DNA of 64,000 bases from Marsupella aquatica (GCA_973895155.1 OZ316898.1:12923659-12987658); one strand, 5' to 3'. Positions 50,770 to 64,000 are shown, numbered from the stretch's first letter. Notes: generated by a model not told the origin, from the letters alone. Made by a program: numbers and translations.

Positions 50770-52900
50770 AGGCCACAGTGATAGAACACTGGTTAGCACA
50801 ACACAGGTTAGAATGACAAGCAATCTGTCAATGATCATAGTAAACAGAGCACTGGTTAGCACAACACTAGTTAGCACAAGATCTCAACTAAACAGAGCAC
50901 TGGTGAAAGGTCACTGATACAGAGCACTTGTAAGCATAGCACTAGTTAGAATGACAAGCAAAAGGTCACTAAGACTTGAGAGCCAAGCACTAGGATAGCC
51001 CACTCGAGCATAACACTGAACGAAAACCCACTGAAGCAATGGCAGAGTTGAGCACTAAGACTTGAGAGCAATGGGAAGCGATGACAGAGCTGAGCACTGA
51101 GAAGTAAGAGCAGATTCACTGAAGAAGAAGTGAATAAACTCAGGTCGAGGCTCAACTTAAGTAGCTGTCAAGCAAGTCTGGTTGCCCCCCCAAACTAAAT
51201 GCTAAGGTTAGTCACTTGTCCAAAACATTTAGCCTAGCTAGAGAACAGATTATACAATGTTCACTTTTCAAACTCCAAGATACATGGAAAGATTAGATAG
51301 AGAATTGGCAAAAAGAAGACCCTAAACCTCCACAATACATGGAAGTAGGTTCCATGCACAGGGGCTAGGACCAGGGTCACCACCACTGTTTGCTCAACTC
51401 AGCAACAATCACTCACACTTAGACAACAACGATCACTCAGACTCAGACAACAACAATCACTCAAACCTCCAGGCTAGCGATCACCATTAGGCAGTAGTGA
51501 TCACTCAAACATCAGCAAGAGCAGCTACTGAGACATCTCACTCAGACTCAGCCAAGCTAAGCCGGGCCAAAATGTGGCTATGGAGGGTTTGGACCCAGCA
51601 ACGACCAGCGATGGCCTGGACCTAGCAGAAGCGCGCGATACAACAATGATGATATAGCAAGCAACGGATCATAATTCAATGAGGGGGCTATAGTCACCAG
51701 CTTCAGAGCTGTAAAACTATGGGGCTATGGAGGGCCTGGACCCAACAACGACTAGAGATGGCCTTGACCCAGTAACAGCATGTAATATAGAGCATCAACA
51801 ATGATGATTGCAACAACGATCGATCAACAACATCAGCAGCTCAATATCAGCAACGATGATGGTAGCAACAATCAAGAGCATCAAGAGGTAGCAATGACAT
51901 TGAGAGCATCAACAGCAACGATCACGAAGCAAGAGTGAGACAAGAGCATCAATAGAGCAACATTGAGAGCATCAACAGCAACAATCACGAAGCAAGAGTG
52001 AGACGAGAGCATCAATAGAGCAACATTGAGAGCATCAACATCTGGAGCAACATCGGTAAGTGAGAGCACAGCAAATTCCAGCAACATCGAGTCCAGCAGC
52101 CACCAAGCAAGCCATAGAGTGAGACGAAAGCATCGAGAGCAGCATCGATTGAGAGTGACATCAAGAGCAACAACATCAGCAAGAGTGAGACAAGAGCATG
52201 AGCAGTGTCGAGAGCAAGCTGTGAGTGAGAGCACAACAAAGTCCAGCAACATCGAGTCCGGTAGCTAGCCATCAAGAGCAAGAGTGAGACCAAGTGAGCC
52301 TCTATTGATCAAGACAGTCCAATAGCCACCAAGCCACCAGCAGCCACAACAGCTTGAGCTTTCAAAGGAGGGACATTGAATGAGTTCAGCAACCGCAGCC
52401 GCATCATGAGAGCCACAACCCTTGCCCTTTGCAAGCCAGCCCGTCGCGAGCCCTTGCCCTTTGCCAGCCAATTAGAGCTTTGGAAAAATGTGGCTATGGA
52501 GGGCCCGGACCTAGAGCTCAGGGATGGCAGCAACTCAAGCATCCCAAGCCCAACTTGCATCCAACAGCTCAATCCCAAGCAGCGGAGGCAAAGGCAGCAA
52601 CATCAATCAGGAGAGCTTTGAAGGCAACAACATCAATCAATATCAGATTGAGGGCGAAGCTAGGCAGCAGCATGAGCGGAGGGAAAGGAGCAGCCCGAGG
52701 AACAGCCCGAGGAGCACAGCCGATCAAGTCCAGCAACATGGCATGTGATCGAGTCCAGCAGCATCGAGAGGCAGGATGAGATCGAGTCCAGCATCGAGAG
52801 CAGTAGCATCGAGTAGCAAGCATCCAGAGCAAGAGCACCGAGCAACGACCCCAGAGTTCCCCGACCATCACCATTGCTCCATCACAACAAGAGTAGGAGC
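50770..52900. repeat. Low-complexity tandem/degenerate repeat array upstream of the Replitron ORF
   Basis: About 63-bp units (ACATTGAGAGCATCAACAGCAAC.ATCACGAAGCAAGAGTGAGAC.AGAGCATCAATAGAGCA) at 51897-52040; GGCTATGGAGGG..(T/C)GGACC three times (about 51575, 51722, 52490); many CATCGAGTCCAGC and AGCACTGG units. Confidence 0.7.
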
Positions 52901-54130
52901 ATCAGAGCTACTCAGACATCATCTCCTACTAAGAGAGCAAAATGAGATCGTTGTTGCTCTCGGGGGTCTCACTATATGGGACCTCCCCATCACCTACGTT
53001 TTTAGGCCTCGGATCCCCTAAAATGTAAGAATTTTTAAAATCTCTTAACCCCTATAAAGTTGGAAATTCCAAAAATTGGATTAAAAAGACCCTAATGTTC
53101 TTCTAAGTCTCAAAATTGAATTTAAAAGACCCTATTATTCTTCTACAAAAATTCTTAAGTCTTCCCTTAGAACCAATAAAACGACCCTATCTTTCATTGC
53201 ACGTGATATGCCATTTCTGAGGAAGTGAAACCCCTGAGCTGCTGCTGCTCGATGATACTGCCAGTCTCCAAGTAGCGAGCCTCCAAGCATCGTTGAACCC
53301 CACCACCTGATCGATCCAGCTCTTCCAATCCTCACCACCGGATGATCAAGATCCATTGCGCTGGCCCTTGCCCTATACGCTTTCAAAATTGTATGCCTTA
53401 CACCTAGTGCCTTAGATACCCCTTGGATATCCCTTACACCTAGTGCCTTGGATACCCCTGACACCTAGTGCCTTCCGAGGTGCCTTCATGGGATACTTTT
53501 CACTTTCCCTGATGCCCCCACCATTTTTTTTATGCATGGACTTTTTGATGGAGGGAAAATTAAGTTTGTATGTTCCAGGTTGAGTATGCTATATAGGCAC
53601 TGTTAAGGTCAACGTGGAACTGGAAATGGGCACAAGTGTACTCCTCATCTATTTATACCCAAATATCAGGCACTTAGGCTAGTCTAGTTAAAACCACACC
53701 TGCCACTATAAAAGCCCCATTCCATGTCTCACTACTCACCATAAAAGGTGGAACACTACCTTTAGTGGAGCACTTGCCAAATAAATGTTTTACACTCACC
53801 ACCTTTTGTGAAGCTCAAAGCCCATTCCCTAACACTTTACAATGAGAGTTAGGGGTAAACCGTAGTCCGTTATAGGGGCAGTTGTGGTTTAAGAGAAATC
53901 TTACTTTTTTAGATTACACCCTTGCTTACGTAGCTTTCTAGTGTCTACTATAGGTTTTGCTCCCAAGAGTCACGCATGTAGGAATTCACTCTACTAATAC
54001 ATATGAAGCATAGCTTTGCTTTTTTGCTTTACATAATAGATAGGTGCAACATGAATGATACTTGGGGTTTACCCTTTTCCTAGCTTTTACCGGTTCATAG
54101 ACCCTTCCTGTAGTTTTCTCTTTCTATGTG

Positions 54131-54270
54131 TTATGAGCCATAACCCCCCTGCCAGCCTGGCCTAGGGGTTACAAGATTCCCGTGGCTAGCCCGCCCCGAA
54201 GGTTATGTAATTTCAAGCCAAATTTTTAACTCAAAATAGAGCTAAACTACACGAGGGGTTTACGCTCTTC
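54131..54270 (+). repeat. Dispersed repeat family, copy 2
   Basis: TGAGCCATAACCCCCCTGCCAGCCTGGCCTAGGGGTTA...AAAATAGAGC, similar to 40221-40340. Confidence 0.6.
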
Positions 54271-54666
54271 AACTCAGGGCAACTCTGGGGCCATGGGCTA
54301 CCCTACACAGAGCACACTGCATGCAACCCTATGTCAATGGGGACGTCCGCAACCCTCGCTCTTGAGAGATTGAGGGTGCGAGTCAGAGTCGCCGCCCTCA
54401 CTTGCGCATGAAATCCGCACTGCGAGAAGGACCTCGGTGTACTCAGATCAGCCGATCTTGGCCCTAGGAATTAGGGCTCGATGAGGGTCGTGGCTGTCGA
54501 CGAGTTTTTGGGTGATATGCTCTCATTCTCAACATTGCGCTTCTCTTCGCCGAAGCTCTGTGAGAAAGAGACTCGCGCAGCTGTTTTCTTCGTTCGATCG
54601 GCGATCGATTCCTTGGGTTTCAGTCTCTCATTTCCGCGGGTCCTTTCGGTCTGAGCGCGAGGAACC

Positions 54667-55695
54667 ATGGTGCAATCGAAGGGAGAGCGCGTCCGGTACT
54701 ATGAATTTCATTCCACTTTTTTCTCTGTAATGATGCACCAGCTTTGTCTCGAGGCGCTCTGTTCGGTAAGACCTCGTTGTTGGTGTTGCTCGCTTCGGAG
54801 TTCCTGAAATTGACTTTGTTGAGCACATGTCTGATTGTTTTGCAGGCTGTATGTCCGGGGCATTGTTCTCGGGTACAAGAGGTATGGGTGACAACTCTCG
54901 TTTGCCTCTGTTAGTTCTGTGACTCGTTTGAGTTTCTGTGCCGGTCCTCAAGTTAGTCTTTTCTTGCCGGCTGCCAACTACTTGAGTTGAGACTCATCAA
55001 GGTCGCTCATCAGGAAATCATGACAGACTCGTGTAGCTTTCAAGACTGCTGATAGTAGTATTCCCTTAATTGGTCATTGTTCTTTGGCCTTCACTTAGCT
55101 GAACTCATTAAGCATAACTTGTCGAAACTTGCACTTGTTCTGTGGCCTTGGTGATGAGTGTATTCTCGGTTCGATGCAGATCGAAGTCGAACCAGTACCC
55201 CAGCACATCACTCGTTCAAATTGAAGGGGTGAACACCAAGGAGGAAGTCAATTGGTACTTGGGAAAGAAACTCGCTTATGTTTACAAGGCGAAGACTAAG
55301 AAGAACGGCAGCCATTTCCGTGTTATATGGGGAAAGGTAGCCCGACCTCACGGTCACAGCGGAATCGTAAGAGGGAAGTTTAGAAAGAATCTTCCTCCCT
55401 CAGCTCTGGTACGACCTTTGTCCTGCTATCCTTTTTTCAGCCAATTTTCCATCATGCTTTGCAATTTACAGCTTGGAACTATATGTGGTATACATATGTG
55501 GAAAATGTGGATTCGCGCTTCTCGGCTAACCTGGGTTAGGGTTTTTACAAGGGATTTTTCTAAAGTTGCATGTCGGCAGAATTAGGGCTTCAGTTTTGCC
55601 ACATATTCTGGAGCATCGTTCATCTCTTGACGAGGTCGTTTTACTTGTGACAGGGAGCCAAATTGAGGGTTTTCCTCTTTCCCAGCAGCATATGA
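54667..55695 (+). CDS. RPL35A: 60S ribosomal protein L35a (eL33), 4 exons, 111 aa
   Basis: Exons 54667-54695, 54846-54881, 55180-55408, 55654-55695 (336 nt, GT-AG). Protein [45 protein letters not shown]...[41 protein letters not shown]. Confidence 0.97.
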
Positions 55696-58600
55696 AGGAT
55701 GTCGCAGTGATCTACGAAGTAGCAAGATAGAGGACCTATTGTAGGTGGTCATGTTTAGTAGTTGTGGCTGGCATTAAATTCAACTGTTGCTATCAGCATC
55801 CCAGTAGCTCCTCAACGTAAAATATCTCGCCTCAATTTTTTGACCGGATACATTGAGCTTTGTGAATGTATGCTATCAAGTGACTGGCTTTCAATCATAA
55901 TCGACGATGACATTACCTGATCTCACGCTTCACTGGGAATAAACGACAGGAGATGTATATCCGACTGTCTGCTCGTCTTCAAAAGCAGGCAGAAGATTTA
56001 GTGATGCGAATCCTTCCCTGAATATGCAACCTCGTTGGAGCTTCTGTCAAGCCTAGAGTTTGGTATTCTCTACTGTATTTTGATTTGACGGTAGCCAGGA
56101 TTCTGCTGGAAAATGGGGTCCTCTGCGGTGACCGAAGACTCGTTTGCGGAACCCTAAATTTGTGAGAATTCTACTATATGTTGCCACGCAAAGCTTCATT
56201 TGCACTAAACCAGTAGACTACTGTCTTGGTTAGTCTCCCGATTTAAATCTTGGCACGACGGAAAGGAGTAGCATATATTCCCGCAGAAGCCGAATGAAAA
56301 TGATCTTTGCGGTGAGGGGAATCGTTTTACTTTGCATGTGAATGTAATCTCTGCCTCTGCCTCGTTTGGTTTGAATGACGTTGCATTTTCTCATGCTCTT
56401 TGGTCAAGTCGCCTCATCAAGATCTGTTTCTCGTGGGTCCAAGCGAGGACGTAATGGAACGATATTTTCGAAATTTAGTGTCGGACATTTGTCTAGCACG
56501 ATGGTCGGTGAAAGTTCCAAAGTCCTCAGCTGGAATCATAAAATATCCTTGTAGATGGACTACTCTTGCTGCCTGAGGAACATATACGGAGAAATTGAGG
56601 AGGAAAGAATGGCTCTCTGTTTTCGCTTTCGGTTCGACTATGTTCTGCTTTCAGTTGGGCGTCTGGCTGGTGCAGTTCTATGTGTTTTACCAGATTCAAT
56701 AGGGTTTTCCCCTCCCCGAACTTCCGATCTGGTTCGCTCTCCTCTGATTTTCAGTTGGTCTTTACAGCCGGGTCTTTGTGGCTGGTTTCAAGTTGTGCGT
56801 TTCACAAGATAATTGTGGGTACGATATCCGATGAGCTCTCTACTCTGATTTCAGCTGGAGTTTTCGGTGTTTAAACAAAATTGGATGTGTTTCCCCAGCC
56901 GAAGACTAATGGCGGATTGGAGAGCTGGGGCTGAGTTTCGCTTCTGCTACCCAGCAGCCCTAAAACGATGACTTGTCCTGCTTTTTAAAGGTTGGGTTTC
57001 TCTCCTGTTCCTGGAAATCAAACATGTGCCTGCCTGAGATATGCAGAAATGCATAAGTAATAGATCCTGGATCTTAGTTGAGTGCCACCTTGGAACCAGA
57101 TGCAAACAGAACTCATGGAACAATAATCTTTGTAATTGAATTTTTTTATAGAACCTCTTATCAAGAAAATAATTACTAAATTATAGAACCTCTCGGCAGA
57201 TATGAGGGACGTGAGGCCTGGTTTTTTCAATCTCCGGACTTTCGTCACATCGGTGTCATCATGAATTGCTGTAGGATGACATGAACTGACTCGACTTGGA
57301 ACCAGGACTGTGGCCTTTCCTGTCAGTGTTATCTCTTCATAGATTGGATTGTTTTCATGCCGGATGCATATACTTACTAAGGAAGGGAAACGAGCATTTT
57401 CTTCTTGTCTTTGCGAAAAAAAGGCATAACAAGAGTATATTTTGTCTTCGTGAAAAATAGAGGATATGCCTTTTTTTCAGACTCAGCTTAATTGTCAAAG
57501 TAAGAATCCTAGTTGCAAGCCAAAACCCACTGATTTTCTTCTAAAAATGATCCATTGGCTTGCAAACCATCTTCCACCAAAAGAAGACCAAAGTGTTTTG
57601 TTTTTGAAACACTTGCTCAACTCATACCATGACAAAAATTTATCCTGACCTCCACAAGCTAGCGGTGTTGATGATGTGAAGCACACTGGTAGTTTGATTT
57701 CCTGTTCACAGCAATAGTGTTATTCACGCTCGTATTCACACACTTTCTCCATCCTGTTGCAGGTTCTTTCTTTAATCCATGATCGTGGTTTTTGACTTTT
57801 TTCTTGGATGAGAAGTGGACCGATGCTGGAGTAAATCTACAATGCACTTGTGAGAGAGTAAATTTAACAATGGACCTGTGCTTTACCACATTGCCATGCA
57901 TACATTCTAGCTAGTTAACATAGGTGAACATTCATATATTTTTAGCATTGGATCCGTGCTTTGCGACTTAAAGGAGAGACACAATACTAAAATGGATACA
58001 TGCTCAACCAATTTAGAATGGGTCCATGCCATGGCCGGAGATCAAAGAGATCTTGACCAAGTTGAGCCAGGATTGGCATTTATTTGAGATCACCCCTCAG
58101 TGAGGAAGAAGGTCAGCTAAGTTAGGCATGATTGAAGATAATATTGTTGATCTAGACAGCAGATTTCTTTTAAACACTAGCGGTTCTTTTTAAATTTAGG
58201 AAGGAGGTCAGGTGGCTTTTTTGACACATTGTGAGACATTGGGTTGAAGCTATATACTGGGCTACAGTTTGTTATGTACCATTTAAAGGATTTGAGTGTA
58301 GTTAGTAAGGAAAATTGGTCTACCATGTTTTTAGGATTCGCGATGTGGTGTAATGATGTGTCTTGTTTTGGGGTTTGTAAACAACAAGACCTCTGCACCC
58401 ATCAACATGACTGCATAGATGACAGATTCGGAAAACCATTATTTCATTGCCTCGCTTACAAATTTTGACGTCACCTCAACATATTATAATGATTCCATTG
58501 CCGCAACAAACACATGTCATGACAACATGGCCACAACGATTGCATGGTGGCAACAACAATTTTAGTGAAACATTTTACAGCTTTGAATTGTTATTTTGGA

Positions 58601-58789
58601 TTGAAGATTTTAAATTCCTTTTTATTTGTTAAACGGGCAAAATTGCAACTACTCAATTGCCTTGTTGACTTTATAATGCAAATTTTACTTAATATATTCC
58701 GATGCTGTGAAATATGAGTCATAATGATTATGCTTAAATGAATTTAAAAACACCTTCCCTTGGTTACTTGAGGTGGGGCCCCAGGGATT

Positions 58790-59080
58790 GGGATGACACT
58801 AAAGGGGAGGGAGAGGAGGGGAGGCCAAGATAGGGGGATGTCACCCTCAACCCAGGGTTGCGTGATTGTGCCTGCCTTGCGCTCCCATGACCATGCAGTC
58901 ATTGTAGGCATGGTTTCTTTATGGCCATGCTGTCAATGTTACTTTGTTGCATGGACCGCATGGCTACAACAAGAACACGAGTGCAATTACACATAAGACA
59001 CCTCAACAACTTCCTTGCCTCACCTGCATTTATTTGCCTCACCTAGACATCCTTTGTGCAACGCTTGAGTATTGGGCTAT
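58790..59080 (+). mobile_element. Helitron-like fragment of the same family as the 33.6-35.4 kb cluster
   Basis: ACACATAAGACACCTCAACAACTTCCTTGCCTCACC resembles about 35170-35220. Ends GTGCAACGCTTGAGTATTGGGCTAT. Left boundary approximate. Confidence 0.5.
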
Positions 59081-59446
59081 TCTTAAGAAATAACCAGAAG
59101 TGACATATAGAGCGTTGAGAGGGAGAGGAGACCGTACTCCCTTTAGTGTGCATGAGGGTAAGGTGTTTTGTAGTAAATATAAAGAAATACCTGAAAATAA
59201 AGGTATTGAAAACACAAAAGTACCCAAAAAAGTAATATGGAAGGGAAATACACATTGGAGCAAAGATTTTTGGGTGTTACTGGTACTAACATGGAAGGAG
59301 ATTCTGGTAGACTATTGACCTTGGTAAATATTTGATCCTCCTTGAAGATTTATTACATATGGAGTCATTTGTCTGTTGGGTTTTTACATATGTAGGAGTA
59401 GATGTCTTTTGCTTGATTGGCAGATGGTTAATCCTCCTGGATTTCA

Positions 59447-60272
59447 ACCCTGCGTTAAATCTACAACAAGTTAATGCTCCCCCATTTTTGTGGGGATCTG
59501 TACACTGCCTGTCCCAGTCCCTAATGTTGCTGCCCTGCTCCTGTCCAAGTTTGCCAGAACATAAACCAAGACTCTTCTTTGTCACCCGCTCCGGCCCGAT
59601 CAACTTTGTGCCATCGACTTCGGGTTTATGCTTTGGCACCTTTCATTTGTTGTTGCCTGCTCCGGCCCAATAGACTTTCATTGTGTCATCAACTTCTTCC
59701 TGGTGGAGTCTTGGTTTATGTTCTGACAACACTTCTCCAATTGAGTCAAGTTTGTTTTGTAATAGAGTCTAAGTGTTGCAGAGCCTAGTACTTTGGTAAG
59801 AGTCAAGATTGATAGAGTCTTGGTTAATGTTTTGCCAAAATGCTTCTTTTCTATGGAGTAGTAATATATGTTTTGGCGACACTTCTTTCCCAATGGATTC
59901 ATGCCTGTTTAGTAATAGAGTCTAAGTGTTAAGGCAAAGCCAAGTACTTTGGATAAGAGTCAATCATGATTAATGATAGAATCTTGATTTATGTTCTAGC
60001 AAACTTGGGCCGGAGTGGGCAGGGGGAGTGGGTAGCAGCATTGGGGACTTGGGCCGAAGGGGGTGACAACAAGTGATGGGTGCCAGAACATAAACCTGAA
60101 GTTGATGACACAAAATTGATCGGGCCGGAGCGGATGACAAATGGTAGAGTATTGGTTTATGTTTTGGCAACTCCGGCCGTAGCGGGCAACAGCATCGGGG
60201 ACCGGGACGGGCAATGTATGGGGCCCCAAGAAAAGTGGGGAGCATTAACTTGTTGTAGATTTAACGTGCGGT
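59447..60272. mobile_element. Non-autonomous long-TIR foldback DNA transposon (MULE-like)
   Basis: Arms of more than 200 bp in inverted orientation, both starting ACC...CGTTAAATCTACAACAAGTTAATGCTCCCC, flanked by an exact 9-bp direct repeat TGGATTTCA (59438-59446 and 60273-60281). No transposase inside. Confidence 0.8.
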
Positions 60273-60650
60273 TGGATTTCACGCTTTGATCAGTAGCTCA
60301 GTTCTCTGAGTTGGCTGGTTCCCTCGCTGGGGTTAAGTTGACCCTGATATTGTGGCTCTTTTCTTTTTCTTTTTCCCATTTTTACCCTTGTCCTTGGGGC
60401 TGAATGTGTTTCGCCTCTGGGTGAATTTTGGTCATTGGTTGCATGTGCTCTGGCCGTTTTACTCCCATTTTTACTTGGTTTCACTTTTTCTCTAAGTAAA
60501 GTGCTGCTTTCAAAAAAGAAAGAAGGGCGTATCACTATAATCTCTATCAAACCCTAAATTCAAATACAGAGCTACTGCATTGCGCTACAGTAACTGTCCC
60601 TGATTACCTAAACCCCTTGTGTACATTTCTCTTTGCATTTCTATTGATGG

Positions 60651-60870
60651 TCATGACCCACAACACTCCCACCCGGTCTGGAGGTTATGAGATTTAGGTC
60701 GCATGGCTAGTCCCACTCAAGGGTTATCCAATTCAGGCACATACAATAAAAAATAGAGCAAATGCACAATCAGACTTTTGCTTGATTACCTATGGCCACT
60801 CTGGGGCGCCCTTGGGGATTACATTCCATAACCCCCTTGGCACCATGGATTACCCTACACTAAAACATAC
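60651..60870 (+). repeat. Dispersed repeat family, copy 3 (diverged)
   Basis: GGTTATGAGA...TGGCTAG.CC...GGGTTATCCAATT...AAAATAGAGCAAA...CCATGG.TTACCCTACAC, shared with the 40.2 kb and 54.1 kb copies. Confidence 0.5.
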
Positions 60871-63800
60871 GCTAACCCAAACATCCATATCCGTTCACCC
60901 TTTACGAGGTCCCGTGCTCTTTGCCAAGCCCTGTGGCCCCAATCTGTACCTTTTAAAAAAATTTCAAAGAAAGGGGGGGGGGGGGAGGCGCGGCAAATGC
61001 CCCAAACTGCAGCCACCCTGGCGAAAACGGACCGTGGCCAGCGGCAGCCATGGCCAAACTAAACACCAAACTAATCCGGCCAAGGATATGGAGGCCCTGT
61101 GGCCCCAATCTGTACCTTAGCTCATGCCTGTCTGCCATCCCTAATTTGCAGGGTTGGTAGGCAGACATTGAATTAGCTGTGACTTGTACCATAGGTCTGT
61201 CCCCTACGGTACCAGCCCCTCCTGCCCTCACCGTGGCTTCAATGGCTTGCCATGGCTTGCCATCTAGCTAAGGTAACAAGGTACAGTCAATGTATAGGGA
61301 CTGTACCTTGAGCTCATATCATATTTTGTGGTTCTGTACTTTGGATCCGGACCTCCTGAAGCGCTGCCAGTCTGCTCATCAGCTGCTGACGCCTGTCCTC
61401 TTTGGCTCCTTCCTTGGGCTTGCCCTCGGAATGTTTAAAGGACACTGTCCTCACAAAGTCACAAGTTCCTCAAATACTCGTCTGAAGTACGATACTGTAA
61501 TAAAGGCTCACTCTCTGTTTCTCACCCATGGCGTCTTTAAAAAAATGATATTTAGGGGAGACCGAACATACTTGTTCGGCTTGGGTAAGGTTGGATTACC
61601 TTACCCATTTTCCCTAATGGTCAGATGACCTCACTTTGCCCCCCTGTCCAGTTGCTCTCGGTTACTTGTCAAAGAAATCACCCTGCCAAATGGACTGCCC
61701 ATCCAAGGAATGGCTGTAAACGCTGTGCTGATCCACCTTAGTTTCTTCTCATTTCTGTTTCAACCCACTTTTCTCTATACAATACCTTTAGGCAATAACA
61801 GATTAACACACTTCTATTTACACAAATTTGCATTACAGCATTAACATATTTATGTTTACACAATATTTTAGGGCAGCTCATCTTTACATAATATTTTAAG
61901 GCATCGACCAAATGACCACAAGAGCGGTTGTGCAATCACAAGCATTGGACTAGGGTACAATTACTGTAAAATTTTAAGAAATAATGTTTCAATTTGATGA
62001 TGATGATCAACTAGATTTGTGTACTAGATTTGTGTTGTAAAGTTTTTCATGTTTTGTGAAAGCTATTTCATTCAAAGACAATCCAGGGATTTGCGTATAG
62101 ATTTTCAAACCCAGATCCCTCTCTTAAAAGGATCTCACGTTCTGCTCTTCAAACCCGTTCTGAATTGTTCTGATCGAACTTCGATGCAACATACTAATAT
62201 TAATTACTCCGAGAGTATGTTGGCTTCTCAACATGATAATTGTGACTATTAGTAATCGAGTGATCATCCAGTCCCAAGACTTGATTCTGATCTGGATAAT
62301 ACCACTGTCTCTGAAAAAACGGTTTTGATGTCATGTGCAATCTATGTAAGTAGCTTTCCTCAGTCGGAATTTCATTAGCACAATGGATCTCCGGTATGAA
62401 AAAATGTGCGAGGTGGAATAATTTACGTACAAAACTTTCACGTCTGAATTTCGTTAATTAACTGCACGATTTCATGGATTTTGGTTATGGAAACTTGTTG
62501 TTGATCGAAGCGAATTATACACTGAAGTTAATGGGAGGATCGAGAGGACATCGACATATACTAGGACGTACAGGTTTAATCGATCGAGCACATAAGCTAT
62601 TATAGAGAGCGTAGGGAAGTAAGTAAGATGGGAGCTATGTCCTGCAGATCGCATCTGTAATAAGAATCTTTGAAAATGTGGTTACTAGTCTAACTTATTT
62701 GGTTGTCTTGAACTCTTGTCTTGAAGATTTGGTTCTGGCCTCCAAGATAGTCGTAAGATAGGATATTCCAGATAGGGAATTTCATTTATAGCATCAAACT
62801 ATAAATTTACGTTGTAGTGTTCTGATCATCAATCAATCAATGAGAGACCCAGAACTCACACACAATACAAAGCCCGGGGGTACGTACCTAGTCAAGAATG
62901 AATCGATGATCCCAAGGGTAGTCCCAGAAGATGAACCGTGATGAGATGTGCGTACCACTAATGAACTAGGTAATTACAGTGGATACATGGAGAGAGTGGC
63001 TCCCGTAATTCAAGGAGGAAGTGGAGAATATCTGAATATCTAATAATGAGAAACACTTGGTAGCGCAATACACAGGTATCAAGGCTGCAATGAAATTGAT
63101 GACACATAAAGAGAGGGACTCCCGTAAATCAATGAAGAAGTGGTGCATATCTCAAGATAGTACAGCTTAACTTTGTAGCGCAATTACTACACAAGGTAAT
63201 TCCAGTACTTTATACACAAACTTACAGTCTGTCAAGGCTTTAGAAACCAAAATTAATGGCCATATTGAGGCCGATCGTCGCCAATCAATACCGTAGTACA
63301 GTGATTTGTTTTCTTGTTGGAATATTTAGCTCAGGGAATGATCATAGGTCGGTTGCTCTCAAATGACTTAAATAGTTGAATTGCTCGATCAACTCGCAGT
63401 ACTACTTTTATGGTCTGTAGTTGCCTTCTCGTCAAAATCACTTAGATGTAATCGCACATAAAAGTAGCACACTCATCAGAGAATGGATGTACGAAAATCA
63501 GAGTGAATATATGAAATCACACAATGGACGTACCTCCTTCCCGTCCTTCTAGGTGCACTTACTGGAAGGCATTCAATTTGATGTACAGTACGGGTACCTG
63601 CCCGGCGATACTTGCTATACATGCATGCATGGTCCGGTCGAGCTCGATCGAAGGTTTGAGCTCAATTGACATTCAAGCTGACGGATTCCAACCTGCAATG
63701 CACGTAGCAGAAGTGAGGGTTCGGATCGAGAGCTCCTAAGCTCTGCATGGCCGATCGACGATCGAGAATGCTCCAGGGTACGTACAAGGTCTTCAACGTT

Positions 63801-64000
63801 CCTTATAAAAGACCAGTTCCCGAGGCGATTCTTTCCATTGAGAATTGAGTACATTCAGGATCTTTGTTTGTGAAGCTACAGTTGTGGCAACCTCTGAAGT
63901 CTTCCCATTCAACATTTGTTTACTAGAAATTGCTTTGGTTCGAAAGTGCCAAGTGGTCCTCTATTTCTGCGGTTTGTGAGAGAAGATGGCGACGAAGGTG

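Noticed and set aside
51881-52874. Overlapping ORFs on both strands; possible CRISPR-like array
   Set aside because: Degenerate tandem repeats without constant repeats and unique spacers; eukaryotic context with no cas genes.
54696-55653. Possible intronic C/D snoRNA and a telo-box (TTAGGGTTT at 55536-55544) in RPL35A introns
   Set aside because: C boxes are imperfect or badly placed, there is no terminal stem or recognisable rRNA guide, and a single telo-box in intron 3 could be chance.
40030-63945. GGTTCGA T-loop-like motifs (about 40037, 47551, 55168, 56631, 63937) as tRNA candidates
   Set aside because: None has a cloverleaf or a properly spaced A box.
63986-64000. ATG GCG ACG AAG GTG (MATKV) at the window edge, possible start of a gene
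   Set aside because: Only five codons are visible and several unrelated plant proteins begin this way, so it cannot be assigned.

Overview
Eukaryotic (plant) nuclear DNA with GT-AG introns, probably from a non-seed land plant such as a liverwort (inference from the Replitron and the F-box/kelch type). Host genes: Ycf20-like (97-702,+), 9-exon 2,3-BPG-independent phosphoglycerate mutase (3641-7443,-), HVA22/TB2-DP1-like (core 14944-15851,-), 5-exon peroxisomal serine/alanine:glyoxylate aminotransferase (36687-39399,+) and 4-exon ribosomal protein eL33/L35a (54667-55695,+), plus an F-box/kelch pseudogene (47723-48833,+). The intergenic space is TE-rich: two full-length but disrupted Ty1/copia elements with LTRs, PBS, PPT and 5-bp TSDs (19519-26411,-; 41429-47038,+), a decayed Replitron HUH(Y1) transposase (about 49100-50399,-), several non-autonomous Helitron-like copies carrying a minisatellite, and a long-TIR foldback element with a 9-bp TSD (59447-60272). 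The most striking observation is only partly shown by the ORF track. The younger copia element carries, between pol and the 3' LTR, an antisense reading frame (46740-46276) ending in an RNase H1 hybrid-binding / caulimovirus viroplasmin (Cauli_VI) domain, tail-to-tail with the element's own RNase H. All coordinates, translations and domain calls were read by eye; no database search was run.
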